DNA from: Podarcis gaigeae
Lineage: Eukaryota
Length of the DNA stretch: 64,000 nt
Assembly: GCA_964106915.2 (NCBI GenBank)
Contig: OZ066917.1
Strand: one strand, 5' to 3'
Shown: piece after piece, positions 1-13,718 of the stretch
How positions within the stretch are numbered: the first letter of the stretch is position 1
Layout of the letters: every line of letters begins with the position of its first letter
Notes under the pieces: model-generated
What the model was told of the DNA's origin: nothing
What the model saw: the letters and a program-made list of their open reading frames with translations, nothing else
The model's database searches: none
Position numbers and translations under genes: made by a program

Positions 1-459
1 AGCAAAAGTCCCAATGCACCAATACAACATAGTGGTGTAACTCAGTGACCAATAGAGAATCTGAATCATGTATAATACAAAGGAGCTTCTACTTAGGCCA
101 GCTACTCCCTTGCAGGTGACAGCAAATGCAGGTGCCATATTTTCATTCCAGCTTGTTTCTCATGACGACTGCTGCCAGCTTCGTTCTCGAGTGGTACTGA
201 TCTTTGCTTACCAAAGGTAATGTATCAGTAGCTTATAGCATTTGCCAATGTACTGACGAACAGGTGTAATTTTTGCCATTCTTTTAAAGGGGTGTTAAAA
301 AAGTTAATTGCAAGAGTTGTAGCCCAAAGTAAAGGCTGATAACTCAACAGGGCAGACTGCTGGACAATCTACAAAAGTTCTAAAAACACAGAGTTAGAAA
401 AAACAGGACAATCCTTGTGTTATTTCTTCTTCCGCTGCTGCTTTTTAAAGTAGCTCCCT
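1..459 (-). other. TMEM47: TMEM47 3' UTR (partial, continues beyond the window)
   Basis: Directly follows the stop codon. I saw no AATAAA on the minus strand in this stretch. Confidence 0.8.
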
Positions 460-666
<207 letters not shown>

Positions 667-1374
667 TCAAATACGAGGCTTCATCCATTTTCTTAGAATA
701 AAGAAAATGCTAAATCACTAATACTTTGGTGGAGTTTTTGGTGTACGCTAAGAGCATACTACATACAGGCAACTCCCCACTTAACACACATTTGGCTCAT
801 GTGCAACCATGTATATCTGTGTGCCAGGAAATAAATAAATACTAGTAATTCAATTCAAACCTGGAAATGGCTGCAGAGAGTTAGAGAGTCCTCGTGGCTC
901 ATGAGGAGACCCTCCCTGGAGCTTGAAGAGGATGTCAATAAGGGTGGATGAAGCCCTGAAGAGGCTGGAGCCTTTTTTAAAGGCTGCTCAGTCTCCCTGC
1001 CTAACAGCTGGTGTGTGCGGTAAAACAGCAGCAGCAGCAGTAGCTGCTGCTTTTCCACTCATCCTCCAGCCTTCAGCCAGGCCCAGAGCTTCAATACTGG
1101 TTGGTCTGGATTGGAGAGAGAGGGTGTTTAAAGGGGACTCAGGCTTCCAGAACGGAACCCCCAAATTAAGTGGAGAGTCGCCTGCATTTAGAAATGCAAT
1201 CTTGATTTCCTGCCTGAACTGTACCACTTTCAAATTGCAATCTTGATATGAGAACAATCTTGGCATGAAACTTTCTTTAAAAAAACACTTCTGAGAAATA
1301 GAAAGTGTTAGAAGCCAGTGGCATACTCCTGATTTATTTACTCCTGTCAGTAGCATACTCCTGATTTATTTAGG

Positions 1375-1700
1375 GCAGCTGTATGGTTCTAGTACTTTTG
1401 AATTGGCTTGGAAATGAATTGGCAGCTGGTACAGTCAAACCAGGGTTGGTGTTACGTGCTCAAACCGCCTTTCCCTGGTGAGCAACCTGGTCACTGAATT
1501 CTGCAGCAGCTGAAGTTTCTGAACCGTTTTCAGAGGCACATATAATGCACTGCAGTAATCTAACCTAGAAGTTCTTGGAGGAGGGAAGTTAGGCTATCCC
1601 TGTCCAGACAGGGGTTTAGCTGGGCCATCAGCAGATGGAAGGCACTCTGTGCCAATCTGTGCGCTTCACTGGCTCCCAACCTGGACAAGGTGGGATTCTT
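1375..1700 (-). mobile_element. L2 LINE fragment (ORF2 3' part, decayed)
   Basis: The minus strand reads roughly TSRLDYCSALYV-PLKTVQKLQLLQNSVTR, matching the L2 SRLDYCN...LQLVQNAAAR motif. Confidence 0.8.
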
Positions 1701-3056
1701 TAGTCATTTGTTTGCTTTATTAAGAATGTTTATACCCTGTCTTTCCTCAACAAGCTCAAGGGGGCTAATGACGTAAGCTACAACTGTAACTTAGTTTTAC
1801 AAACTGTTGTTAAACAGCAGTAAACACTATAAAACAACAGGAGGAAGAAGGTGAAACAAATAGAGATAGAAATAGTATCCTGACAGCAATTAAAAAGTAC
1901 TAGAAAAAGAAAAGAACCACTTGTGGCTAACAAATCTTCCTTTAAGTGTCATGTGTATAAGGAGAGAAAACATTCAGCTATGGTTTCCTTCATCTTCCAG
2001 ATGAACTGATATGATCCAGTAAGCGCTGTAGCTGCTGATGTTTCTAAACCTGAATTTAGCTTCCAATTTATGGGCATAATGCTATTGGAAATTCTCTGAA
2101 ACAGGTCCTGTTGAAATGACAGAACTAGCACAAAAGCACAGTGGCAGTCATTTCAATTCACATAAAAGAGCATTTGTTTCAATAAACCTTGCACAGCATT
2201 CCTGGTGGAATGTGCAGTCCATGTAAAATATATTTAATCTAAAATTTATTGAGTCCACGCTCTGGTAACCTTCAGTTTAGACTACTGTAACATACTATAT
2301 TTAGCCCACAGAGAATATGGCAATCTAAATATAATCCTATGTATATAGACACATATTTCTGGAACAAGGCAATGGCCTGATATTTCAGGGTTCTGAAGAA
2401 TAAGCCATATCAATTATCCTTTTCCCTTTTCTGCAGATCAGACTTTCTTTGCAGTAACAGAATAACACAGGTGACTAAGCTAATGGCTTCTATAAATAGA
2501 TCATAAAAGAGTGGGAAAAATAAAGTAGGGGATGATGAAGATAGATAATTTAGGAAAGCTTATTTATAATTATATGACTCAATGTATAAAGAATATCATT
2601 TATCAACTAATTACAACAGAATTCATTTGGAATTGCACATTAAAAATACATATAACCTCAAATTAATATTTTACATTCCTGACAGCCATATTCTTACCTT
2701 CCACACAGTGCAATAAAGCTTCCTAATAATTTGTAACATTCAAATATTTGTTTTGAACAGTAAGTACTCGATAAGAAATAGCTTTGATGTCACTGATTAT
2801 TACCAAAGCAACGTTGTGCAGTCAAAATTTTATCAGGTCTATGTAACTGTCTGAAAGGCAAAAGTTAAACAAAGTCTATGTACCTGCACAAGTAATAATA
2901 AGATGCCATAAGTAGAGCATTGGCTCTGGATATGGATGACAAATGTCAGCTGACATGACTATGGTTACAATTATGAATTAGATCCTATGGCAAAGGTACC
3001 AAGTGTGTATTAGATTATACCAGGAAGCCCTCTCTAACCCTGTAATGCAGAGGTGG

Positions 3057-3337
3057 CAGGGGCAGTGGAAGGGGATGCGGTCCACCCCGGGTGTCACCAC
3101 TGAGGGGGGTGACAAAATCCTGGGTGGCACTCTCCTGGGAGAGACATGGTAGCTTGGGCATGCGCAGACTCCACACAGCAGGTCCGTCTGCTGCCTTCTC
3201 CCCCCCAGCTGTAGGGCAGCAGAGTGGGAGGAGGCAGGCAGACTCCGGAGGCCCCGCGGTGCACCCCACCTCTATGGGTGGCTCGCCCCACCCCGGGCGC
3301 ACTGCCCCAGGTGCCTGAGCGGCTTCCTCTGCCGCTG
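3057..3337. mobile_element. hAT-type MITE
   Basis: Terminal inverted repeats CAGGGGCAGTGGAAG / CTTCCTCTGCCGCTG. The 8-bp flanks AGAGGTGG and AGGGGTGA match at 6/8. Interior is GC-rich. Confidence 0.65.
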
Positions 3338-5806
3338 AGGGGTGAAGGATCTTTTTGGCTCCACAGGCCATATCCTTATCAGGATTGGCCTTTCAGGCCA
3401 AATTCAATAGATGGGCAGGGCTGCCCACCTGTCAAAATCCCTTGTATGGCTTTGCAAATCTCCCTAGCTCCCCTTTAACCCCTGACATTAGAGAGTTCAA
3501 AGTGAGAATGGGAAGAATTGTGCAGGCTTTAAGACAGCCCCTGTGCTCCTGTATGAACATCTCAGGTCTTTTTATTTTTGCAAAGAAGGAGCCACCCTCC
3601 TTCTCCTTTAAACATTGGAGCAAATTGCCTCTCCCACTGCTCTCAACATCCATTCCACAGAATCCATGTCCGCTTTATCCTTTTTCTTCTTGGCTTGTAA
3701 CAGATAGCCACGAAAGGTTAGCAGCCTTGGTCTGGATTTGGACCCCTGTTGACTTGAAAGGAACAGTGGTATAGTCCCTGTCTTTGGATCCTGCAGCTCT
3801 TGCCAATTATAGGCAGGCGTACAATACTTGATACTTGATACTTGAGTGGGTGGTTACTGAACAACTGCAGAATTCTTGCAAATGCGGAATGGGTATTAAG
3901 TGGCACCTGTAGTAGTGCCAATTCTGCCGATTGAAACAGTCAAGATAACTGAGCTGAGAGTTTGTTGGACCCTAGGTGAGAACCTGGAGGCTGAGGTGTG
4001 TTTGTGTGTGAAGCAAAATGAAATGATATTGTGTATATATATTAGTAACTTTTTAATAATGTAACATCTTAATTTTTTAACATTTTCTTTAAGTTGTCAG
4101 TTGCTGATTTTTTGTATGCTGCATATATATATATATATATATATATTTGCTTTCGTAGATATATAATCAATCAATCAATAATCAAAACTTGGTTCAATTG
4201 GTATAGAATGCCTGACTATTGTTAGGTGCAGGCTGGTGTGATTGTTTTACACCTCATTTAACACATCTTCATGAATCACCTGTTAGTTTCCGGACTCAAC
4301 TCAAGCTACTGGTTTAAATGGTCTGAGCAATGGCACTGAGCACTGAGCCAGCAAGTGCCTTATCTCATGTCATTCCAAACAAATTTTGAGTGCCTTGCCC
4401 CATAAGTCCCAAACAAACATCAAGATCTTCTAATGAGTCGTCTCTGCTATATGATCCATACTTGGGCAACTAAAGCAGGATTCTGTAGTGGAGAAATGTC
4501 CTTTGTCAGTTGTCTTTCATTGTATCCTTTTTTGGAACATCTTCACTCCACCAAATTGTTAATTTATGTGTATGTTCTTTTGCTGTTTTGTTTGACTGTG
4601 GTTTAAGTTTTATAGCATGTTTAAAGTGCTATTTTGATTGTATGGGAATCTTGTGTTCTCAAATGTGCTGTATTGCATGCTGGGGGCAGAGAGAAGTTGG
4701 CACTGCAACAACAGGAACACAAACATTTCTTCTTGCCAAATAGAGCATTATTTTCCCCTGCCTTGTTCTGCTGAGGGGGAGCAGGGAGTTTAGGGATGAG
4801 AGGGGGAAGCCCTGGTGTATTACTGGGACCTCTTGTGCTGGCTATTGCAAGCACAGCTCATCAGTTGAATCTGGCCCATGCCTTTTATATTGAATATAAT
4901 TTGTTCATCCAGGCTGAGAGCTAGTGGCTTCCATATTGTTGTGGAATTACACAGAAGGCAACAACTAGAAGTGGCTAGAAAAAAATAATAGAAAAAGGAA
5001 GCCTAGAAGACATTTTAAAAAAAATAATAAGCAATTTAAAACTCATTTTTAGTAAACCATTCTGTTGCCAGCACTGCGTCAATTATGCTAGATAAAAACA
5101 ATATATTTCATGAATCTGTTTTGCTAATTTCTTTGACGACTCATTGAGATATAGAATTCTGGTAGCCTAAACTCATGTGCCCTCTGCTAAACTACAGTGG
5201 TTGAACTAAAATAACGGAAACAGCAGGGGGCAGTAGGATGCTTCCCCTTATCACTATTTCAATTCTTGAAATACTAAGGACCTATCTTTCCACCTCCTTG
5301 TTAATGGATTTTTAAAATCCATCTAGCAGAGAAGATGGCCTTGTCATTCTCTCCATTATGGGATATCATACAGGCTTACTGTTTCAGTTCCAGCACAGAT
5401 ATGATTGACAGAATGGAGGGATGCTGTGCCTGGAAAACTTCAGGGAGAAAAAACTGTTACTGGCTAACCCAAAGGACACTGGAGTGCATACCAAGTGGTG
5501 ATTTCAATGCAGATAGTATGCACTGCATTATCCTTTGGGCTGATCTGTTTATGTGGGTCTTTCTTAAAAGTATTTCTGAGCACAAATTCTTTCCTTTGAA
5601 GCTTTGCAGAATAAAATAAAGGCTTTACAATGTGATGGCTGTTACAAAAAGTAAATCTGACACAATGAAATTGATTCTTCCTGTGAAGCATGGGGAAGAT
5701 ATAAACACCTTTCAGTTTAATCCTATTTATTTTCATACAGATGGTTTTGAGAGCTAGTACTTAAGGGACTTTTACAATCAAATATTTGAAAAGAATAGCA
5801 TTAAGC

Positions 5807-5853
<47 letters not shown>

Positions 5854-5854
5854 A
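5807..5854 (+). repeat. (AAAG)n microsatellite
   Basis: About 12 perfect units. Confidence 0.95.
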
Positions 5855-6288
5855 TCAACACCATCAAAAATTGCTGCATATAGGCTGCAACTTTTTCATT
5901 AAACATAGTGGGATTTATTATCACTTAAACATAAATAGTTTGCACTGTTAATGGCTCTGTCCTTACAATGGCCTGGAATGTGGACAGTGATGATTACCCT
6001 ATATTAAATTTCAAAACTGCAACACTACTAGGTTAAATACCAATAGACTTCTTGTAAAAGTAATGCACCTCTGTCATATAACAGCATATAGAGTTCATTT
6101 GCTCAAGTAGCTGGACTGTGGGTTGTTGAATAGTTGAAAGCTCCATACAATCCTGTTCATGGAGTCTTCATAGTGTAGATTATTGTTATTAATATTCCAC
6201 CTTTTCCCCCGACCGGGACTCAAGGTGGCTTATAGATAAATATCAAAAGTAAAAAACAGTAAAGATAGTGATTTAAAAAGCAGTTAAA

Positions 6289-6416
6289 NNNNNNNNNNNN
6301 NNNNNNNNNNNNNNNNNNNNNNNNNNNNNNNNNNNNNNNNNNNNNNNNNNNNNNNNNNNNNNNNNNNNNNNNNNNNNNNNNNNNNNNNNNNNNNNNNNNN
6401 NNNNNNNNNNNNNNNN
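6289..6416. other. Assembly gap (128 N) flanked by retroposon 3' tails
   Basis: N run. The left flank resembles an L2 tail on the minus strand and the right flank ends in (TTA)n. Confidence 0.95.
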
Positions 6417-7090
6417 TAAGGGGGGAAAGGCCCAGGAAACCCAGCCAGATGGGCAGGGTACAATTATTATTATTATTATTCAGTAGAGACAGCTTACGAT
6501 GAATTGCAATGCAAACATGGGGAATGAGAGGTCGTCTCCATATTCATAAGTACAGTAATAAAGTGCAGCTATGATTACAAATCTCCACATGTTCAACTTG
6601 GTTTGCGACAGATTTTCACCACACAGGTATGTACCCAACTGAATGGAAGAATTTGATAAGAATGAACTGACACTCTGATAATAACCCTTTAAATCACATC
6701 AGTCTCATGACTATTTTCACATATAAGGGAATGAAAAAATTTGAAAAAGCCCAGTCTATGTAAAGAACCCCCGGATCACTTGATATTCTTGAGTTTTCAA
6801 ATGAGAAATAAGGGATTGTTTTTTTTAAAAAAAAATAGCATGATAATGCTTCAGAATGCAAGACAGGTTGAGTTAAGGCATCAATTACTGCACATGAATG
6901 CTTAGCTGTGAATGATTTGGCCATGGGTGCTAGAGATTCCTTGTCATGTAAGCAAAGGGTGATCATGCTGTATAATCAAGAACTTCTGAAATAACCTTGG
7001 GCAATGATCTGATTATTGGCTTACAGTGCACAACGAGTCACTCTTTTCTGCACAAACGTAAAACTACAGCTAGGAAATTCTAGCATTCTA

Positions 7091-7285
<195 letters not shown>

Positions 7286-7789
7286 CTAGATAGTAACTCA
7301 TATAAAAAGGATGTCTATGTAAAATGCAAAAAACAAAACAAAACCCAAGACTCCAGTAAACACAAAAAGGTGTTATTCATAACAGAAAATACAATTGCAT
7401 TCAGACTTTTAAAAATAGCTTTTCAGGACAGTTCTCTTAGTCAGATTTAAGATGCTATCTGTATGTATTCTATTTTAGGTGCTAAAGGAAAAACTGCAAG
7501 ATTCTGTGTAATGCAGATATCGGGTGCTTATAATATTGACCATTTATCTCTTCACCACTTTCCTATAGTAGTTAATGGGATTCCCCTTCCTTAATTTACA
7601 GCACAATCCTATGCATGTTTTCTCCTAGGGAAGTGTGACAGAACTGTAGCTTTAGTTATAAAAGGTTTACAGTAGTGAGGAGCTCAATAAAACTTGGTAT
7701 GACTAAAGTAGAATGGAAAAACTCATAGTAAAACCATCAGAGGGCTATTTGCAAATTAACACATTCAGGAGTGCCATCTTGGCTTTGTG

Positions 7790-7920
7790 ACCATGGGTGC
7801 CCAGGGCTGTGGGTGCCATGCAGCATGCATGGCCCTGACACCAAACCTTTTCCATGCCTGGCCCCTGGGGAATTTTGTGGGTACTTGGGCACCCAGGGCC
7901 CCAGGGAGCTGAACACACTT
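7790..7920 (-). mobile_element. GC-rich MITE-like fragment, same family as 62618-62760
   Basis: Its reverse complement matches CTCCCTGGGGCCCTGGGTGCC...GGCCATGCA..CTGCATGGCACCCA..GCCCTGGGCACCCATG at 62630-62751. Confidence 0.75.
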
Positions 7921-8519
7921 GAATTTCAACACTTAGTTAGCTAGAGCTATTAATGGCCCAATGATCCTAAGGTGCATTTAAATCGTGGGTGGAACATGAA
8001 TACACCAAAACAAATGATAATTCTGATTGAAAACAATTCTATTGTTTCAGATATACTTGTCCGGGCTACAATTTATATTTATTTTAAAGATTTATAGCCT
8101 GTTATTCATTGGCACAAATATCAGGGTAGGATACAACATAAAAAAACACAAGCAAGCAAAGTTCAAGTCAGCTAAACAGAGAAGGCTAAAATGGACACTC
8201 ATTCAAAACCTAAAAATAGGAACTACTTCACTTGGCACCCAAATGACAGCCATGTCAGACGACGTGCAAGGGGAGGGCATCCCACGGAGAAAAATTCATC
8301 TTGTTTCACCACCAAATGAATCTCCTCTAATAGTGGAATGCAAAGAAGAGCCCAGCCGGCTAATCTTAAAACACAGGTACTGTATTCAGGGCCACAGATC
8401 AACAGTGTGTGGAGACCATTTATAATATAAAATATAATTAGTGAGCTATTTTGCAAGAAAATAGCAGCACAGGGGAACTGAATCCATTCTTTCAGGCCCT
8501 GCAGTTGGAACCTGGTGGT

Positions 8520-8780
8520 GGGAAGGGCTGTAGCTCAGTGGCAGAGCACATGCTTTCCATGCAAAAGGTCCCACATTCTCCTAGTCGAGATGGAAAAGTC
8601 TCTTGTTTGAACTCTTGGAGATGGAAAAGTCTCTTGTTTGAACTCTTGGAGATCTACAGCCAGTCAGCAGCAACAATACTGCACTAGATGGGTCAATGAT
8701 CTTAGTTGAGATTCCTGCACTAGGGGCTGAACTACCGTAGATGGCCTCAGGGTCCCTTCCAACTCTATGATTTTATGATC
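8520..8780 (+). mobile_element. tRNA-derived SINE (Squam2-like) followed by a CR1 3' tail, with an internal 31-bp tandem duplication
   Basis: Head GGGCTGTAGCTCAGTGGCAGAGCACATGCTTT (A box). 31-bp unit at 8587-8617 and 8618-8648. CR1 end GGTCCCTTCCAACTCTATGATT. Confidence 0.75.
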
Positions 8781-10829
8781 ACTCACACACAGATAAAAAT
8801 ATAGCTGCCCCCATGTGTACATTGGGGGCAGTCATCTTTTTCTCTTGTTAACTACTCAGGAAGGGGTGCTCTGTCATACCATACTACATCTTCCAGTAGC
8901 TTTTTAGTGAGATGTGTTCAATGAGTGCAGGAAGACCACTTGCTAAATGGTCATTAAAAGAAAGAAAAAATGTCAGGGAGGACCGCAGACCACCTTGGAT
9001 GTACTTATAATTTTATTTTATTTTTTAAGTGTAGGGGTTTTTCTTCCTAGGTTGACTTAGGACGGGACACCACTGGCTTCTTTGCCTCAAACAGAAAAAT
9101 GTATTTGGTGAGCCTAGGTAAGGACAATAATTTGCAACAAATTAGACTACAGGATTTTGTGCTTTGTGTAGACAAAAGTTTTTTTACACTGTATAACTTT
9201 GGGAACTTAGTTTGCATGCTCTTCAATCCCACAGTTGTATTAATTTTAATACAGGACTTCTTGGCAAAAGAAATAGGGCATTATGTTATATAATTGATGG
9301 CACAAAATCAGGTTAAACACAATACACCAAATAATCTTGGGCTGAGATTTTCAAAGCCAATTTAATGAGTGTGGTGAATTAAAATCCCCCAGCTAATTTA
9401 GAATTTCTTAATGCAAGAGTTCTAAAGGCTCTTCAAGCTAATGAAATGTAGCAAGAGCTGAGGCAAGGGTAGAGCTGCTCTCAAATTCAAGAGCAAATTC
9501 TGTCACACATGTGTATAATATTTATTTTACTTTAGAAAGAAAACTGTAGGTAGAGGAATGTTTTATGCAACCCCCACCCCAAACCAAAACACTCAACACA
9601 CCAGAACAGAACAGAACAGTACTGTACTGTTAAACAGGGAGATGTAAGTAATTGAAGGCTTATGAAAGAATTCAATGAAACTTTCTTTGGTTCAAACAAG
9701 TCCTATTTGGATGCTCAAGTTATGTATGATTAACATCACACGAGGCACCCTGCACCAGCCACTTCCCAGCACTATCCAAATGTTTGGGAGGAAGTCTGCA
9801 GCAGGGCAGCATAACCAAAAGCAAGTGGGGTGTCTCTTGTGACCTCAAACCCTGGGTGCCTAGTCTGTAATCACTTTAGGATTGCGGGGGCCCTGGGCAA
9901 GAGTCTCTAAAAGGTATGAAAGCGAGTCATACATAAGATTTAACTTAATTCTATATGTGAAGCTGTAATGGAAGCATGGATAACTGCATAGTGACACATT
10001 CATTGTGGTCAATTTTTATTACAACTGGAGTGGAGAAAATTACCTAATACATTATATCAATACCACACTGTTAATACATGAATACAAGTCGTAAATAGAA
10101 AGAAACAAGCCACTACCTTTGACATGTGATAGTCTTACATAAACAGATACAGATCCCCCAACTCCCCCACTCAAAAGAAAAGAAAAGAAAGAAAGAAAAG
10201 CTTATTGAATGAATTCATGGTAGGAGGAACATATGGTGAATTTGTGATAGCCAGTTCACGGATAAATGATTAATCACTATACCTTTGTTTAAGAGTCAAT
10301 TCTCTAGTATCCCATTGAATAAAATGGACTCTTTCGCACCTGCTTAGAAGAAAAGTCCTCAGTCAAATCACTGTACTCCTAACCTTCATGGACAGTGTTG
10401 GAAACAACACATTGTCCCCAGTCTCTAGCTAGCATTGGGGTGGGGCCTGCCTGAGTCATAATGGTAGGGGTGCATTTAGTGAAAATGACCCTGCTCTCCT
10501 GCCTCATAACTGACTGGCAAAATAGGTCTACAGCAGCACAGGAATGCAATGCATATGAAATGTATACTGAGTAAGGTCACTGCATGCAGGCCACTTTTCT
10601 TGTGGCAGCTGATTTAAACAATCTTCACACTGTGTCTCTTTGTGGACCTACAGGCTCTTTTTTGTAGTTTTGTGGCAGTACAATGAGTTACCAGTAATAC
10701 ACAAGAATGTATCATGCATACCACTCCTAACTATGGAAAGTATCTGGATTGCTGGCTCAGATAGACAGATCTAGTTTATGTCACAATTAACTTTCTTTTA
10801 TTCTTTTAATTTATTTTTTCCTTGTTCTT

Positions 10830-11320
10830 CAGCTAGGGAACCTTAGAGCAGATTTAAAAATACAACAAAACAACATTAAAACTGCAGACTATAAAACAGC
10901 GTTTGAAATAAATTAGTGACAGCTGTGTTGAAATGCAGTAGAAAACTACAATATGGAAAATGCCTGAGCAAAGAAAAATGTTATACCTGACTCTGAAATG
11001 ACATCAAACTTGACACAAGGAAAGTCTATCTGGGGAGAGAGCTCTAAAACTTAAAAAAGGTACTGGTTCTAGGTCACTATCTGCTTCATCTCTCATGGCA
11101 GATGCACTCAAAGGAGAGTCTCATGAAAAGATTTCAGTCTCCTGGCACACGACAGTCCTTGTAGCCTTTAAATGTAAGAACCAGCACTCTGAATGGTGCC
11201 TTGAAGTAGACTGGGAGCCAATACTGTTATTTAAGACTGGCAAGATCTGTTCCAAATACCCAGTTTCAAGTCTGCATTCTAACAACTGTTTTGCACCAAC
11301 TGAACCTTCTGGGAAGTCTT
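10830..11320 (-). mobile_element. L2 LINE 3' fragment (old)
   Basis: The minus strand retains QLVQN...PVL...WLPV.F...VLVLTFK-like remnants and an L2-type tail. Confidence 0.6.
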
Positions 11321-13449
11321 CAAATGCATGTACGGTAATTGCTAACAGGAACTGCTCTGCAACTGCTGTTATCATTTATACTTACAACAGCCATGTAAGA
11401 TAGATGAATTAAAAAGGTAGAACTAATTCATTTTTATACAAATCCAAAGAAATTATGATCTGATTATTAATGGGACCTAAATTAGTCACAACGAACTTGT
11501 CCTATTGATTTCAATTGATTTCATAAGCACGGAATTCTCTGTATTTGGACCAATATATTTTTAGCACAAAGTTATGTAGGTTATCGGATGAAAGTTAAGT
11601 ATTGAATGTTCAGCAATAGACTCTTGTTCCATTTGTTTCATTATCCAATAAGATCACAACTAACTGTACATATGATAAGCTTCCTAAACTGGGCTGAATG
11701 TTGGCATTGCAATATAATGGGAGTTTGTGGTGAAGCCAACAGTCTTCCGAAGGGTTCAGGAGTAACTCAATAACACACACACCATTATGTTAAAGCAGGA
11801 GTTTGTTACATCCATACACAGTGAGTTTACAAACCCTGATTCAGTTTCAAAATTTCAGAACAAGTGGTTTTAATAGCTACATTTTGACCACACTGAAGCA
11901 TCAGAGCCAAAGCAAACTGTCTGCTTTACAAATATTTACTAGAACTTGTTTCAAACTTCAGAAATACAGATTCTCATTGCTGTCACTGACAACTCTCTAA
12001 ACATGTAGGCAATCCCAATGCAAGAAATATATAAATCTGTCTTTGTGTTATGAAGCAGATTGAAGCCACTAATGTTTAGAAGCTGTGTACATAAAGGACT
12101 CACTCAGATGGCCATTCCTTAGTGTAAGACACTACAACCCTTTTGTGAAAAGGCCCATGTGTATTAACACAGTAGGCCTGTGTTGTTCACACCCCTAGGG
12201 TTGTGCAGCTCCTTGACTTTGTCCCTGATATCCACACATTAAATGGAAATTTTTGACCAATGGGTCTAATTAGCCTTTGGCCATACTGTGCCCACCTGCC
12301 CTATACATGGTATCACATATAATGTAATGTGTGGAGTAAGTGAAGATGCTTCTGGGCCAAAGGGACTTGTACAGTGTTCCACAACAACCAGCTGATCACT
12401 GATGCAGACATAAACAGGTTATCATGGGAAATCATTATGATGGATAGTTGGGCAAACACAGCCACCTGTCAAGCCACAGGGGATACGAAAGATAAGGTTC
12501 TGGCCTACAGACCACATTCAGTTCCCCACTTCATGTCTACATGTTTGGATCTTTACATATATAGGCTTTCACTTCTCAGACAGGGAGCAATCCATCCCTA
12601 AGGTGCAGGTACTGCTGCATGGACCTACTGCCCCTTTAATTGGGGGGAGACATTGTGTTTAACAAATGAAGGGACTTTTCTGAGATGACTTTCCCCCTTA
12701 GTTTTTGTGCAGGGAAATAGTTTACCCAAACACCAACATATGGTAAGATCATCCAGGAAATTAGTATTTGGGCTGGAATCCTGACCTCTCAGTAAGCCCC
12801 ACTGAACCCAATGGGAAATTACACATGCATAGGATTCCATTGCCAGTGACTTTAAAAAATATATCTGCCGGTTATGTGAAGAAAATATTTTGCTGATTAA
12901 AAAAAGGGGGTGATGACTTACATAGATCTGATCTATTTTAAAATGCAGTCACAGCCTGATTCTGTACATCACTACCCAGTGTGATTTTCACAGTTGAACA
13001 TAGTAGTTATTACATCACTTGTCAGACTTTCCAGCACACTAGAGTACACAAACCTTTGCAATTTAAAATGTAATGCTGCTTTAGTACCAGACCAAAATAT
13101 AATTTTTAGAACTATTTCTATTGATCTATGTTTCAGCAGAAGATGATTTCTTGGGTAAATACATTTTCACACTAAGTGGTTGAATCTAAAGTATAATAAC
13201 ACTAAGAAACATAACTTCAATGAAAGTGTACTTATGATGCTTCTGTTCTTTCCTATAATGAGAAAATGCCCCCCCCCCCCCAATATGGAACTGAAAATAA
13301 GACATGATGATCTATGGCAGCTATTTCAAAAAACTGATGCAAACCTCGTTAACTCTTTTGGATAGCCACTAATGCTTTAAGCCGAGAAATGGAGAACTAG
13401 CATGGCCAAAGGTTGGGGTGATGGAAGTTAGAGGCCAACAACATCTGGA

Positions 13450-13718
13450 CTGTGATGGCCATCAGCTTGAATGGCTTTAAAAGAGGATTAGACAAATCAT
13501 GGAGGATACGGTTGTCACTGGCTACAAGCCCAACCTTCACTGTCAGAGGCTGTATGCTTCTGAATACCAATGGCTGGAAACCACAGGAGGGAAGAGTGCT
13601 GTTATGCTTAGGTCCTGCTTGTGGGTTTCCCATAGGCATCTGGTCAGCCATTATGGGAACGGGATTTGGACTAATGGGCCAATAGTCAGATCCAGCAAGC
13701 TCTTCTTATATTCTTATG
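13450..13718 (+). mobile_element. CR1 LINE 3' end
   Basis: GATGGCCA..AGCTTG.ATGGCTTTAAAAGAGGATTAGACAAAT..TGGAGGAT, ending in GATCCAGCAAGCTCTTCTTATATTCTTATG. Confidence 0.8.
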
